A stretch of 64,000 nucleotides of DNA from Rhynchopus sp. YZ270_cl-10 (taxonomy: Eukaryota): the NCBI GenBank assembly GCA_964035575.1, contig OZ037839.1, positions 372,001 through 436,000 of the forward strand, given 5' to 3'. Shown here one piece after another: positions 23,865 to 34,967 of this stretch. Below the pieces are notes generated by a model. It was given only the letters and a program-made list of their open reading frames with translations. It did not search any database and was not told where the DNA came from. The translations under genes were made by a program, and so were the position numbers. Every line of letters starts with the position of its first letter. Position 1 is the stretch's first letter.

Positions 23865-25052
23865 GGGGATACGACTCCAGCCATTTTGGCTGGGACCAAA
23901 CGCACGGAAAATTCATTTGGCATTATCTGGCCATCTCCAAGGCAACTGCGGGTGAAAAACACCCTCAGAGTGGGTCACAGGGGGCCTGTGGGTCGAAAAA
24001 CGACCCAGAAGCCACCCCAGAATACAAAAAAATGGAAAAAAATAGTGAAAAAACGGCTTTTTTCACGTTTTGGCCACTTTGGGCAAAATAGCGATTTTTC
24101 GAGAAAAAAATCAAAAACCGGGATATTTTTTGACATCACAAAGCCTCCTTTGGCACAAATATACCCCAAAAGTGGCCTGTGAGTCCATTCCAACCTGTTT
24201 TGGACATATTTGACACTTTTGGAAGTGTTTTTTTGGTGTTTTTAGGTCAAAAAAATGCCCAAGACGTCCCCAAGACATCCCCAAGACACTTTGCACACCC
24301 CCTGTTACGGTCATATTTTTTTCGTTTTTTTGCCTGAAACCCCCAAAATACCCCTCCCGGACCCCACATAGTCCCGAATATCCATCACACACCCACTCAG
24401 AGTGAGTAGAAGCACCCCAAAAAAAATATTTTTTAAAGCCCTAAAATTGTGCTTCAGTTTCGGCAGCATCCATGTTGAAGTTGAAGGGCTTTAAAAAATA
24501 TTTTTTTTGGGGTGCTTCTACTCACTCTGAGTGGGTGTGTGATGGATATTCGGGACTATGTGGGGTCCGGGAGGGGTATTTTGGGGGTTTCAGGCAAAAA
24601 AACGAAAAAAATATGACCGTAACAGGGGGTGTGCAAAGTGTCTTGGGGATGTCTTGGGGACGTCTTGGGCATTTTTTTGACCTAAAAACACCAAAAAAAC
24701 ACTTCCAAAAGTGTCAAATATGTCCAAAACAGGTTGGAATGGACTCACAGGCCACTTTTGGGGTATATTTGTGCCAAAGGAGGCTTTGTGATGTCAAAAA
24801 ATATCCCGGTTTTTGATTTTTTTCTCGAAAAATCGCTATTTTGCCCAAAGTGGCCAAAACGTGAAAAAAGCCGTTTTTTCACTATTTTTTTCCATTTTTT
24901 TGTATTCTGGGGTGGCTTCTGGGTCGTTTTTCGACCCACAGGCCCCCTGTGACCCACTCTGAGGGTGTTTTTCACCCGCAGTTGCCTTGGAGATGACCAG
25001 ATAATGCCAAATGAATTTTCCGTGCGCAAAAAATGGCTGGAGTCGTACCCCC
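23865..25052. mobile_element. Foldback element, ~570-bp arms and 42-bp spacer, TA-flanked
   Basis: 23865-24442 is the near-perfect reverse complement of 24485-25052. Confidence 0.92.
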
Positions 25053-25169
25053 TACCCCCCCCCCCCCCCCCCAACGAGCAAAAAAATTTTTGGGAATCAC
25101 GGTTTCCCCCCTAAGTTACAGGGGGGCCCTGTACAAAACCTAAGGGGGGGTCCGAAAAAATTTTCCCAC

Positions 25170-25430
25170 CCACAAAAAATCAAAAAAAAAAAAAATTTTT
25201 TTCCGATTCTCGGGAGACTGTGCGTGCCGTGATGGGGTCATTTTGCGCTGAGAAATGAGTTTTTTTGGCCTAAAATGCATGTGTCAGTTTTTAGGTGAAA
25301 ATACACCCAAAACTGACACATGCATTTTAGGCCAAAAAAACTCATTTCTCAGCGCAAAATGACCCCATCACAGCACGCACAGTCTCCCGAGAATCGGAAC
25401 AAAAAAATTTTTTTTTCGATTTTTTGTGGG
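25170..25430. repeat. Hairpin/inverted repeat with ~120-bp arms
   Basis: CCGATTCTCGGGAGACTGTGCGTGC...TGTGTCAGTTTT is mirrored by AAAACTGACACA...GCACGCACAGTCTCCCGAGAATCGG. Confidence 0.9.
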
Positions 25431-26106
25431 CAAAAATTGGTCAAAAAAATTTTCCGACCCCAATTTGTACCGTTGAAAAAAAAAATATTCCATCCTAAGT
25501 AACAAAATTCCCGCCCCCAGACCCCCCCCCCCCCCCATTGTTACATTGTAACATGGATTGGAATAATGGGCCTTCCCAAAGACAAAGGGAAAAACGGGAG
25601 AAAAGGGAAAAACGGGAAATTTGAACACCCTCCGTAAGAGCCCACTTTTGAACCTATGCCCCCATTTTTACATACGATATCAGTGATGGGTTCCATTGCG
25701 CGCTTGAAGAGGCGGATGTCTTGTTTCGTGGTGAGCTCTTTTGGGTTCAGGCACGACCTGGGGCGAACCTGTATCATTGAAAAGAAATTTAAAACAGTCA
25801 TGAAGGGGGGTATTAAGAAAGATGAAAGCGCCAAGGCGCCGCACCGTACATTGAGAAATGGCAGCGATTGATGCAGGGACACTGCACCTCCGACTGACCT
25901 ACGTACGATGCCCCGGATGAACGCGCCAATCCCTGCAGCCATTTTCCCCCCCAATAAAATAGAAAACGACTTCAGGATATAGGACAGTTAAATGAAATAA
26001 AGAAAACAATTTTTCGCACCGCAAAAGTTTTGTGTTTTTTTCACTGATGGATGTTAGTGGAAAACCAATACGCTAAAGCGGGCACCCCATCCATCGTTTT
26101 CCATTT

Positions 26107-27075
26107 CTATTCGTCAATCCTTGATAACACAAAAAATTTACACACCGCATAACCAAACTTCGTGAACATGCTGAGGTATCCGTCGACACCACCATGGATA
26201 TCCGCCCACACCTCGCTATGCACAGTACGCACCCGCCCCTTCTTCAGCCAGGCACGTGTCCCATTCATCGCACCGTATTCACCGCCCTCGATGTCCAGCT
26301 TCAGAAGCGCTGCTGTGCCTGCAAGACTTCTGTCCTGCTCCCATACATCTTCTAATAGGTCACCAAGCCGCACGACTGGCACGCGAAACACCCTTTCCAA
26401 ACGGGTTCCATTTCTGTTTGCAGCGTCTTTGAGACGTGCCATAACGTTTTCTGTCCATTCTACATGCTTATCTTTGAAGGTACACGTGGTCGATGCTGCG
26501 GCACCAAAATTCGCCGCCGGCATCAGCACTGCGCAGTCCTGCTCCGCTTCGCCTACGATTGTGTGCTTAAAGGTAATTCGCTCTGCGAGGCTAGGGTTGA
26601 GACACATTGAGAGCTCAAACAGCGCTGCTGTGGGCGGCGCTGCCTCGATCGCAACAACATGCCAGCCTTCCGCTGCGGCAACAAAACTCCACCAGCCCAG
26701 ATTCGCCCCCACATCAATCATCACCGTCTCCTTACAAGGCGGTGCGGTACACGACCGCCACATCCCTGGACCCTCCGCAAAATCAGCTCCCGCAAACGCT
26801 AGAGTTCTCGCCGCGGTCGCCCCCTCCCAAGACCCGACCCGTAGAAGCTCCTCTGATACGAAGTCCGTCACCGTCCCCGTGGGTGTGTACACCGCAAGGT
26901 CAAAGCCCTTCACAGTGCGTGCAATGCTGTACGAAATGTGCATGTCCGCAAGCGCGTCAAACTGCACACCGCACCGTGTCAACTCCTCTGATGTGGCCGT
27001 CCTCACGCCTATCTCTACATCGTCAGGTGCAACGTTCACCAGAATAGCAAACAACCCAGCTACGATACGGAACAT
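26107..27075 (-). CDS. FkbM-family SAM-dependent methyltransferase with N-terminal signal/anchor (main exon; further 3' exons likely)
   Basis: Start MFRIVAGLFAILV. Motifs MIDVGANLGWWS, VVAIEA and LLKLDIEGGEYGAMNG. Confidence 0.85.
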   Translation of the reverse strand: MFRIVAGLFAILVNVAPDDVEIGVRTATSEELTRCGVQFDALADMHISYSIARTVKGFDLAVYTPTGTVTDFVSEELLRVGSWEGATAARTLAFAGADFAEGPGMWRSCTAPPCKETVMIDVGANLGWWSFVAAAEGWHVVAIEAAPPTAALFELSMCLNPSLAERITFKHTIVGEAEQDCAVLMPAANFGAAASTTCTFKDKHVEWTENVMARLKDAANRNGTRLERVFRVPVVRLGDLLEDVWEQDRSLAGTAALLKLDIEGGEYGAMNGTRAWLKKGRVRTVHSEVWADIHGGVDGYLSMFTKFGYAVCKFFVLSRIDE

Positions 27076-28025
27076 AGTGCGGGAGGGGAGAGGAGAAGAG
27101 GGTGTGTGTGTGTGCTGTGGTGTGTTGGGGCATGCCTTGTGAAGGGTAAATTCTTGTGCAGAGCACCGTGGAGGTCGTGTTGTGTGTGAAGGGAGGGCGT
27201 GTGTGGGTTGAGTAATCGAAATAATAAAAACCCCGTTCGTCTTTTGTTTACCCACGTCATACGCGTGGCTTATCCCCGAAAAATACAGACCAGAAATCAA
27301 AGACCCTGAAGGACCCACACAATCCCCCCAAAAATGCGGACCGTACATACAAACGGATGCTGCCTTTCACCGTAGCTGAGTGCCACGGTGACAGCTTGTA
27401 CCCACCTGCGAAAGAATGTTCGCGAGGTCCCTTCTATAAATGTACAAAAACGTAAAAACAGAAAAATTGAAACCGCCCTCCTACCTTCCCCTTCAATAAA
27501 ACAATAAAAACAAAAGCGAGAGGTTGTGGTGAAACGCACACACCTCGACCTGTCGGTGAAATTTGGCTCTACTCCAACCCGCCCCAGATTAGAAAAAAGG
27601 AATTTTAGCATTGCATGGAATCATAGAAAACACAACACACCACACTGAATAAACAGCAGGGCACGTACCTGCAGATCCACAGTTGTTTCACATACAGTGC
27701 ACACACCCTACAAGGAAAAGAAGAAAAATATTTTATACAGACCAAATCTTCATCTTTGTGATCAAGATCTTGACAATTCACACAAAAACGTGGACCACAT
27801 TACAAACCGATGCTACCTTCATGAACATCAAACAAACATTTGCCAACTGATGTGTCCTCACTAAACTGCCATCATGTCTGCTTTCGTTGACCGCAGCACA
27901 GCTGCTTTGCTTTTGGTGCTGTGCTACATAGCGGGCTTCCTTCCAACACAAATGGCATGTGATCCACCACTTGGTACCGCGAACCTCGCCAATTCTGAGG
28001 CTGAAACCACCACCACACCTCGTCG

Positions 28026-29291
28026 TCATTGTGCGGTTCTCTGACGTTTGTGTGCTTGCTGGGGGGATTCGTCTCTGCTGCGTTTCGGACGTGCTTCAAC
28101 CACAAGCTCGCTCAGCTCGAACTTCACTACTGCATCGGACACAGTACTGCTGCAGCCGGTAAGGTAAATACTCTTCAACGAAGTGCAGTTCGTCACAAAG
28201 CCCAAACCAACAAATGTAACCCCGCTGAGTGGCGAGAGATCCAGAGTGGATAAACGCTCGCAGCCGTTGAGAAAGTTGGTTGAAATCATTGTCAAGTTGC
28301 TGAGTGGCGTCAGATCCAGGGTGGTTAAACCTTTACATCCGCTAAGAAAGCTGTACTCCATCCTTGTCAAATTGCTGAGCGGCGCCAGATCCAGAGTGGT
28401 TAAACCTGAGCAGTCGCCAAGAAAGTTATGACCTAGTTTTGTCAAGTTATTAAGTGGGGAAAGATCTAGAGTGGTTAAACCTGAGCAGCCGTGGAGAAAG
28501 TTTCCGCCGATTTCTGTCAAAGTACTGAGCGGAGACATACCCAGGCTGGTTAAACCTGAGCACGCTCTGAGAAAGCTGTACTCAATTTCCGTCAAGTTGC
28601 TGAGTGGCGAAAGATCCAGGGTGGTTAAACCTGAGCAGGCGAGAAAATTACCACCTACTGCTGTCAAGTTGCTGAGCGGTGAGAGATCCAGCGTGGTTAA
28701 ACCTGGGCAACCGGAGAGAAATTCACCGCCAATTTCTGTCAAGTTGCTGAGTGGTGAAAGATCCAGGGTGGTTAAATCTGAACAGCCGGAGAGAAAGCTG
28801 TACCCAATGACCCTCACATTGATCAACCCAGAGAGGTTGATGCTTGTCAACGAGGTGCACTCGTACAGAAAATCGTCTCCAATGTGTGTCACAATGGACA
28901 CAGCACTGAGATCAAGTCTCGTTAACGAAGTGCCTCCTAGGAAGTCATCCGGAATGACAGTCGCAACCTCCGCCTGCAGAAGCAAACACGCCGCCTCAGG
29001 ATCGTCCGCCTCCTCCAACCGCTCTTCCGTGATGTCCGTCACACCCAACGCATGAAGTGCTGCTATGGCTTCGTACTTCTGCGTTTTTGTGAGGATGATC
29101 GTGTCACCAGCACTCAGCTGCGTCATGTCGTATCCTTCGCCCATCGCTTCATCTCCGAAACTCATGCAAAAGCCGTCTTCAGGCAACCCCACTGCAGACG
29201 CAACCTTCCGACGCATCACCGCAGGTGTGTCATCCTCACCCAGCTCGACCGTCTCCTTCACTCCGTTCCACCCTTCGATAGTCAAATCCAT
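28026..29291 (-). CDS. Ubiquitin-like domain + 25-residue LRR protein (copy 1, 421 aa)
   Basis: N-terminal beta-grasp-like segment (TVELGEDDTPAVMRRKVASAVGLP...LSAGDTIIL), repeats of FLxGCSGLTTLDLSPLSNLTxIxxx, and a basic C-terminus RPKRSR...HKRQR. Confidence 0.88.
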   Translation of the reverse strand: MDLTIEGWNGVKETVELGEDDTPAVMRRKVASAVGLPEDGFCMSFGDEAMGEGYDMTQLSAGDTIILTKTQKYEAIAALHALGVTDITEERLEEADDPEAACLLLQAEVATVIPDDFLGGTSLTRLDLSAVSIVTHIGDDFLYECTSLTSINLSGLINVRVIGYSFLSGCSDLTTLDLSPLSNLTEIGGEFLSGCPGLTTLDLSPLSNLTAVGGNFLACSGLTTLDLSPLSNLTEIEYSFLRACSGLTSLGMSPLSTLTEIGGNFLHGCSGLTTLDLSPLNNLTKLGHNFLGDCSGLTTLDLAPLSNLTRMEYSFLSGCKGLTTLDLTPLSNLTMISTNFLNGCERLSTLDLSPLSGVTFVGLGFVTNCTSLKSIYLTGCSSTVSDAVVKFELSELVVEARPKRSRDESPQQAHKRQRTAQ

Positions 29292-30792
29292 TTTGTTTGC
29301 TTTTGTGTTTTCCCGATATTTTCCCCCCCCTTTGTTGTTGCACTACAGTAATGTTGATGTGGTGAAGGTGTGGGGAAACAACACAGCACATCTGCTCTCT
29401 TTTTCTACGGTGATCCAACATCAGAGTAAAGCCCTCCTTACTGTCTTAGGGTTAAAGGCACAGAAATGCTTCGAATGAAGAACAAGAAAGCATCAAATCT
29501 TAAAAAGTGCTGATCACGCTAACGACACGTCCATAACACTCTCCAGGGAGGGGGGGGTGACTAAGGCACGCATGTGGTGAAACGCACACACCTCGACCTG
29601 TCAGGGAAATGTGGCTCTACTCCAACCCGCCCCGGATTAGAAAAATGGAAAAAAGGATGGGAGTAGGGTACGGTGTTCAATTTCCTTTTAGCATTGCATG
29701 TAATCATAAAATGCTCGAGAGACTCGTTACTCTTTGCTTGTTGCTCAAAAGGATAAAAACGGGAAGAGGAAAAATTAAGGTTGTTCGGAGGTACCCTAAA
29801 TTGGTCAAAAATGGTAAAAATGGTAAAAATGGTAAAAATGGTAGGAATTTTGGGGGCTTTTTTAGGGAAAAAATAGTGAGGGGAGTTGGGTCCAGTCATA
29901 GGGGGTATAGCATATTTTTTGGAAAATTCTTCAAAAAATCAAGGATTTTTGTTGAGCACAATGAAATTTTCAGAAAAATCCCAATTTTCGGCCAAATTTG
30001 GAGTAAATTATGGCCCACCCACCCCGATTTTGGGTCAACCAAACCGACTTCATTTTTGCACAGGAGTGCCTACGATGTCGTAAACCAGAGGTCCTCTGGA
30101 TGCATGCATTGATAAACACAACACTGGAAATTGCAAGGAACGGGTCTGCATGTGCGTGTTCTCTAGCCACCACAGTCACAGGGTATGCACAAAATGACCG
30201 TATTGTGGCTGAAGTTTGACTTGCGAAATTTTTTCGCGAACATCTATTTCTGAGGTTTTCTTTGGATTCTTTGGGCCATTTTATGACCTACTAATATGCG
30301 TGTTTTTGTACACAAAAGTACGTTTTTGGGTGCTTCCGAAGGGTCAAAACACCAAAATTTGTTTAGGAGGAGCGCCATTTGTTTTTTTTGCACTTTTTGG
30401 TGCCCAAAAACCCAACTCAGGGGTCGAAATTTTCCCGAAAAAAAAATTTTTTTTTCGGGAAAAAAAATTGGGATTTTTTTTTTTTGAGATTTTTTCAAAA
30501 ATCGACTTGTCTGTGGCAAAAATCACGAAATTTTGGGTTCGCGGAACCGCGTTTTAGACCCCCCTAGATGCTCAAAAGTGCCAAATTTTGCTTTTAATGG
30601 CCTCAAATCGTCGAAATTAGCCCTATATAGGGGCAAAAAAAAAAAAATTCGAGGGTCTGGGTATGGAGAGCGAGCACCTTAGAAGGAGGATCGGACCAAA
30701 AAAGGTACCCTAACATTTCGGTTTTTTTCGGTTTTCATTTCGTTTTATTTCGGTTTTTTCGGTTTTTCTGGTACAAGGGGAAATTTCCCTTT

Positions 30793-33476
30793 GGGAAGGC
30801 TCGTTTTTCCATTTAATGTTACAAAGTAACAATAAAAAGGGGGGGGGGGGGGTGGGTCAGGCCAAAATCCGGGAAAAAACTTTTTTTTTGTAACAATGGC
30901 GGGAAAAAGTGTTTTTCTGCCTAAGGTTGGGGGGGGGGGTCCCGATCGAAATCCGAGGAAAATTTTTTTTTGTTGTAACAATGGCGGGAAAAAAGTGACT
31001 TTTTCCCTGTGGTAACAAAAATTTTCTGCTCGCTGCGCTCGAAGAGGTACCGTACCCCTTAATTTTTTTTTGCCTGCGGCGCCATTTTTCTTTTTTGCTC
31101 CGCAAAAAAGGGTTTGTTGAGTGACTGTGTGGTGTAAACCAGCATTTTTACACCGTACCCTATTTTTTTCCCGCCTGCGGCGCCATTTATATTTTTCGTA
31201 AGTTTAGGGAACGTAAGGTGCAAGATCAAGCTCCGTAATAAGGGATTATATTCCTGGTGTGATGCAGGGGGTACAGACAACCCGCGGGAGAACCACGGGG
31301 GAACCACGGAGAGCTGCTAGACGGTGTATGTTTTTTGTTTCCTGACACATAGTGTATTAAGAAACTAGACAAAAAGAAAGCCAACGTTCAGATCTTGTAT
31401 AACAGTATTTCCCCTTGAATCCTATTTCACCTTGCGCCAAACAGATTTTTACCCCTATTTGGCTGCGTTCAACGAAAAACACTGATATTGGTGCTCCTGA
31501 TATAAAAAATACCAAGTACGCAAAATGGGGTTATCATGAGTACCAGTTATATTTTTATTGTTATCAAGATCATACCAAACAAACTAGAAGGAAAACCACA
31601 CGAATGAGGGACGGAGAGATTTTGGGACGGGGTTATTTACAGGGTATTATTACGGGGCTACACCCGACTGACCCCTGGTGGCATCTCCTGCCAACTTCAT
31701 TGCATGTATCAGAATGCTTCTGTGCGTAAGCATGTGTTGACGCATGGTCCACAGCTTCCGACACTCGCACATACTCCCCCCAGTCTCCTGTTTGCTGTCG
31801 CACATTCTATCACGTACTCCTCCATGTCCACGGTGGCACGCTGGCGGCCTCACTAAACTCATTTTTTTTTCAAACACCCCTCTACCTGAATCTGTTGCAT
31901 TTTCGGTTGCAAAATGCAACTTGCCCAAATTGCAAGGGTATTCTGCAAGGGGAAATTCTGTCACAAGGAGAAAATGACCACAAATTTGACTGAGAGAGGT
32001 CACCACGGGTTTGGATTGGTTGAAATGTGCCAAAAAAGGCATTTTCGCGCGAAAAAAATATACGGCGAGGGGAAAATACGTGAGTGAAAAAAATGGACTG
32101 CGAGTTTGGTTGTTTCAACAGCAAAATGGGGGCTGTCCCCCCCAAAGATGCCCGCTGCCACAAGAAGCTGCATATCTCTGAGATACCTGGTATTTCTGCT
32201 TGCACCACTCTTCGAATCTGCGGAACTCTCGACGTAGTTCTCTGAGTGGCAATGGAAGACATGTGCTTCTGGAAGTTCATGCTCTCGACGAAGTGGGTCA
32301 GGATGCGATGCCACCTGTGCACAACTTCGTACAGCTTCGTGTACCCGCTAAGAGAAGCACCGCGATCGAAGTACGCGATGCAAAAGCGCTCTTGTGTAAA
32401 AGTCGAGCCGTGGGAGGATTCCTCGGTCAAGTTGCTGTAATAGCAACTATATAATCCATTACCGCCTTGAAGGCTTTCCCAGTTTGGGTGTTTGTGACAC
32501 CCGCGTGCAGGTGATGACTAGTGAAAATTTTTGACAGGTGTCACCACCCAGGTACCCAATGACATAACGAAGCATCGCTTGAAAGTACCGTTCAAAATAC
32601 CTTGCTTGGGTGTGCATGAAGTAGCACACACAAGGTATATCAAACGATAAATCAATCAGATAAAACGTTACATCATTGGAAAATTGTTGGCACCGCCCCC
32701 CTGTCTTCGTATTTATTACGTCGACAGGCCAAACAGCACTGTACTGTACTGTACTGTACTGTACTGTACTGTACTGTACTGTACTGTACTGTACTGTACT
32801 GTACTGTACTGTACTGTACTGTACTGTACTGTACTGTACTGTACTGTACTGTACTGTACTGTACTGTACTGTACTGTACTGTACTGTACTGTACTGTACT
32901 GTACTGTACTGTACTGTACTGTACTGTACTGTACTGTACTGTACTGTACTGTACTGTACTGTACTGTACTGTACTGTACTGTACTGTACTGTACTGTACT
33001 GTACTGTACTGTACTGTACTGTACTGTACTGTACTGTACTGTACTGTACTGTACTGTACTGTACTGTACTGTACTGTACTGTACTGTACTGTACTGTACT
33101 GTACTGTACTGTACTGTACTGTACTGTACTGTACTGTACTGTACTGTACTGTACTGTACTGTACTGTACTGTACTGTACTGTACTGTACTGTACTGTACT
33201 GTACTGTACTGTACTGTGTACTGCGCGGAAATTGACCAAAAACGAGAACTTGTCCATTTCGTCAAATTGACCCCACCACTGGCCGGACGGATTCCGGAAA
33301 TGCAAATGCCGGCTAAAAATTTCATCATCACCCGGTGTATGCCCACTGTAACAATAAATGCCAATTCGGAAAAACAGTTTTTCCGTGTAACAAAGGGGGG
33401 GGGGGGGGGTTCCCGGTCGCCGAAAAAGTGGTTTTATTGTTACTTTGTAACATTAAATGGAAAAACGAGCCTTCCC
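30793..33476. mobile_element. Nested TIR element with 3-bp TSD, same terminal family as 22761-25577
   Basis: TTT-[GGGAAGGCTCGTTTTTCCATTTAATGTTACAAAGTAACAATAAAA ... its reverse complement]-TTT. Confidence 0.9.
32738..33217. repeat. (GTACT)n microsatellite, about 95 copies
   Basis: Perfect pentamer array. Confidence 0.98.
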
Positions 33477-34967
33477 TTTGCGAAAAAAAAAAAAAAACGA
33501 AATGGACCGAAATACGCCGAATTGGACCGGACAGTTAGGGTACCTCCTTCGTTGTTCGCTTCCATTTTATTTTGTACGAGTATGCAATACGTCTGGAAAT
33601 GAAAGACGCGTTCTTCGGTTGCCATGAGTCTTGCCGTTTCCCCTTCCCCCCTTTTGTGCTCCACCTCTCCCCCGTACTTCAGGACGGGTTTTCGGGGTAT
33701 TTCGGGACTTTTGGGGTTTGAAAAAAGGATGGATGCGATCAACAAACAACAAACAACGAATAAATAAAGAAGGGGGGAGTATTTTATTTTTCCCCCCTTC
33801 TTTACCTATCTCGACTTGATAACGGTAAATACGCAGATTTACGGTTTGAATGTGTTTGCCTGAAGTACAGAAAATGTTGTGGAGCACAAAGGGGAAAAGA
33901 GAGGAGGGAAAACAAGCGGGGAAGTGGATACGCAGAACGCGCGGCTTTTCACGAGGGTCTCGAGCATTTTGTCAAATGCTACGTGTTTACTAATAAGAAA
34001 AATGAAATACCCCCCTTCATATCACACAGAAACTATATTAACGTACACTCTCTGTTGATGCTGAAAAGGGGAGGGGTAAAAAAATAGCGAATGGTAAAAT
34101 TGGGAGGAGGTTCAAAAGTTGGAACGCTTCCTCACCCCCACATCACACTCCTCTCGAATTGTTCAAGATTGAACTGAGAAAGAAGACCCCCAAACCCTCC
34201 CAGACCAAACGGTCGAACACGTTGTTATAATATGCCACAAGTGTCATGTCCCCGAAAACATGTCTGCTTCGTTGACCGCAGCACAGCTGCTTTGTTTTTG
34301 GTGATGTGCTACATAGCGGGCTTCCTTCCAACACAAATGGCACGAGTGAGCCACTACCCGAGTGATCCACCACTTGGTACCACGAACCTCGCCAATTCTG
34401 AGGCTGAAACCACCACCACACCTCGTCGTCATTGTGCGGTTCTCTGCCGTTTGTGTGCTTGCTGGGGGGATTCGTCTCTGCTGCGTTTAGGACGTGCTTC
34501 AACCACAAATTCGCACAGCTTGCACGTCACTACTGCGTCGGACACAGCACTGCTGCAGCCGGTAAGGTAAATACTCTTCAACGAAGTGCAGTTCGCAACA
34601 AAGTACGCCATACCAACTGCCTTAACGCTGCTGAGTGGCGAGAGATCCAGAGTGGTTAACCTGAGCAGCCGTTCAGAAATCTGTGTGAAATCCATGTCAA
34701 GTTGCTGAGCGGCGTCAGATCCAGGGTGGTTAAACCTTTACAGCCGGCGAGAAAGCTGTACTCAATTTCTGTCAAGTTGTTGAGTGGCGAAAGATCCAGG
34801 GTGGTTAGACCTGAGCAGCAGGAGAGAAAGTTATTAGCTAGTTTTGTCAAATGGCTAAGTGCTGCAAGATCCAGCGTGGTTAAAGCTTTTTAAACTTGTT
34901 GACGTGACCCATCCCCACCTTCTCAGATGAACTGAGAGGTGAGAAAGGCGCCACGTGACCACCTTCG

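Larger units (their letters stand above)
22761..25577. mobile_element. Non-autonomous TIR element with 3-bp TSD (PIF/Harbinger-like termini)
   Basis: AAA-[GGGAAGGCCCATTATTCCAATCCATGTTACAATGT...ACATTGTAACATGGATTGGAATAATGGGCCTTCCC]-AAA. Confidence 0.85.
18739..25633. mobile_element. 6.9-kb composite TIR element (outer shell of a transposon nest)
   Basis: GTAA-[GGAGGGTGTCTAAA...TTTGAACACCCTCC]-GTAA gives a 4-bp TSD. Its left subterminus (18750-18870) is homologous to that of the 29787 element. Confidence 0.75.
29787..33547. mobile_element. 3.76-kb TIR element
   Basis: TTC-[GGAGGTACCCTAA...TTAGGGTACCTCC]-TTC. The empty site AAGGTTGTTCGTTGTTCGCTTCC is present in the paralogous unit at ~43740. 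Confidence 0.9.

Noticed and set aside
23283..23916. ORFs with TQVHRYTG / VYLCTCVP repeats
   Set aside because: Translations of the octamer satellite.
31700..32450. Cys/His-containing fragments, possibly transposase-derived
   Set aside because: Fragmentary, with no confident family assignment.
32459..33602. ORFs with STVQY / LYCTV repeats
   Set aside because: Translations of the (GTACT)n microsatellite.
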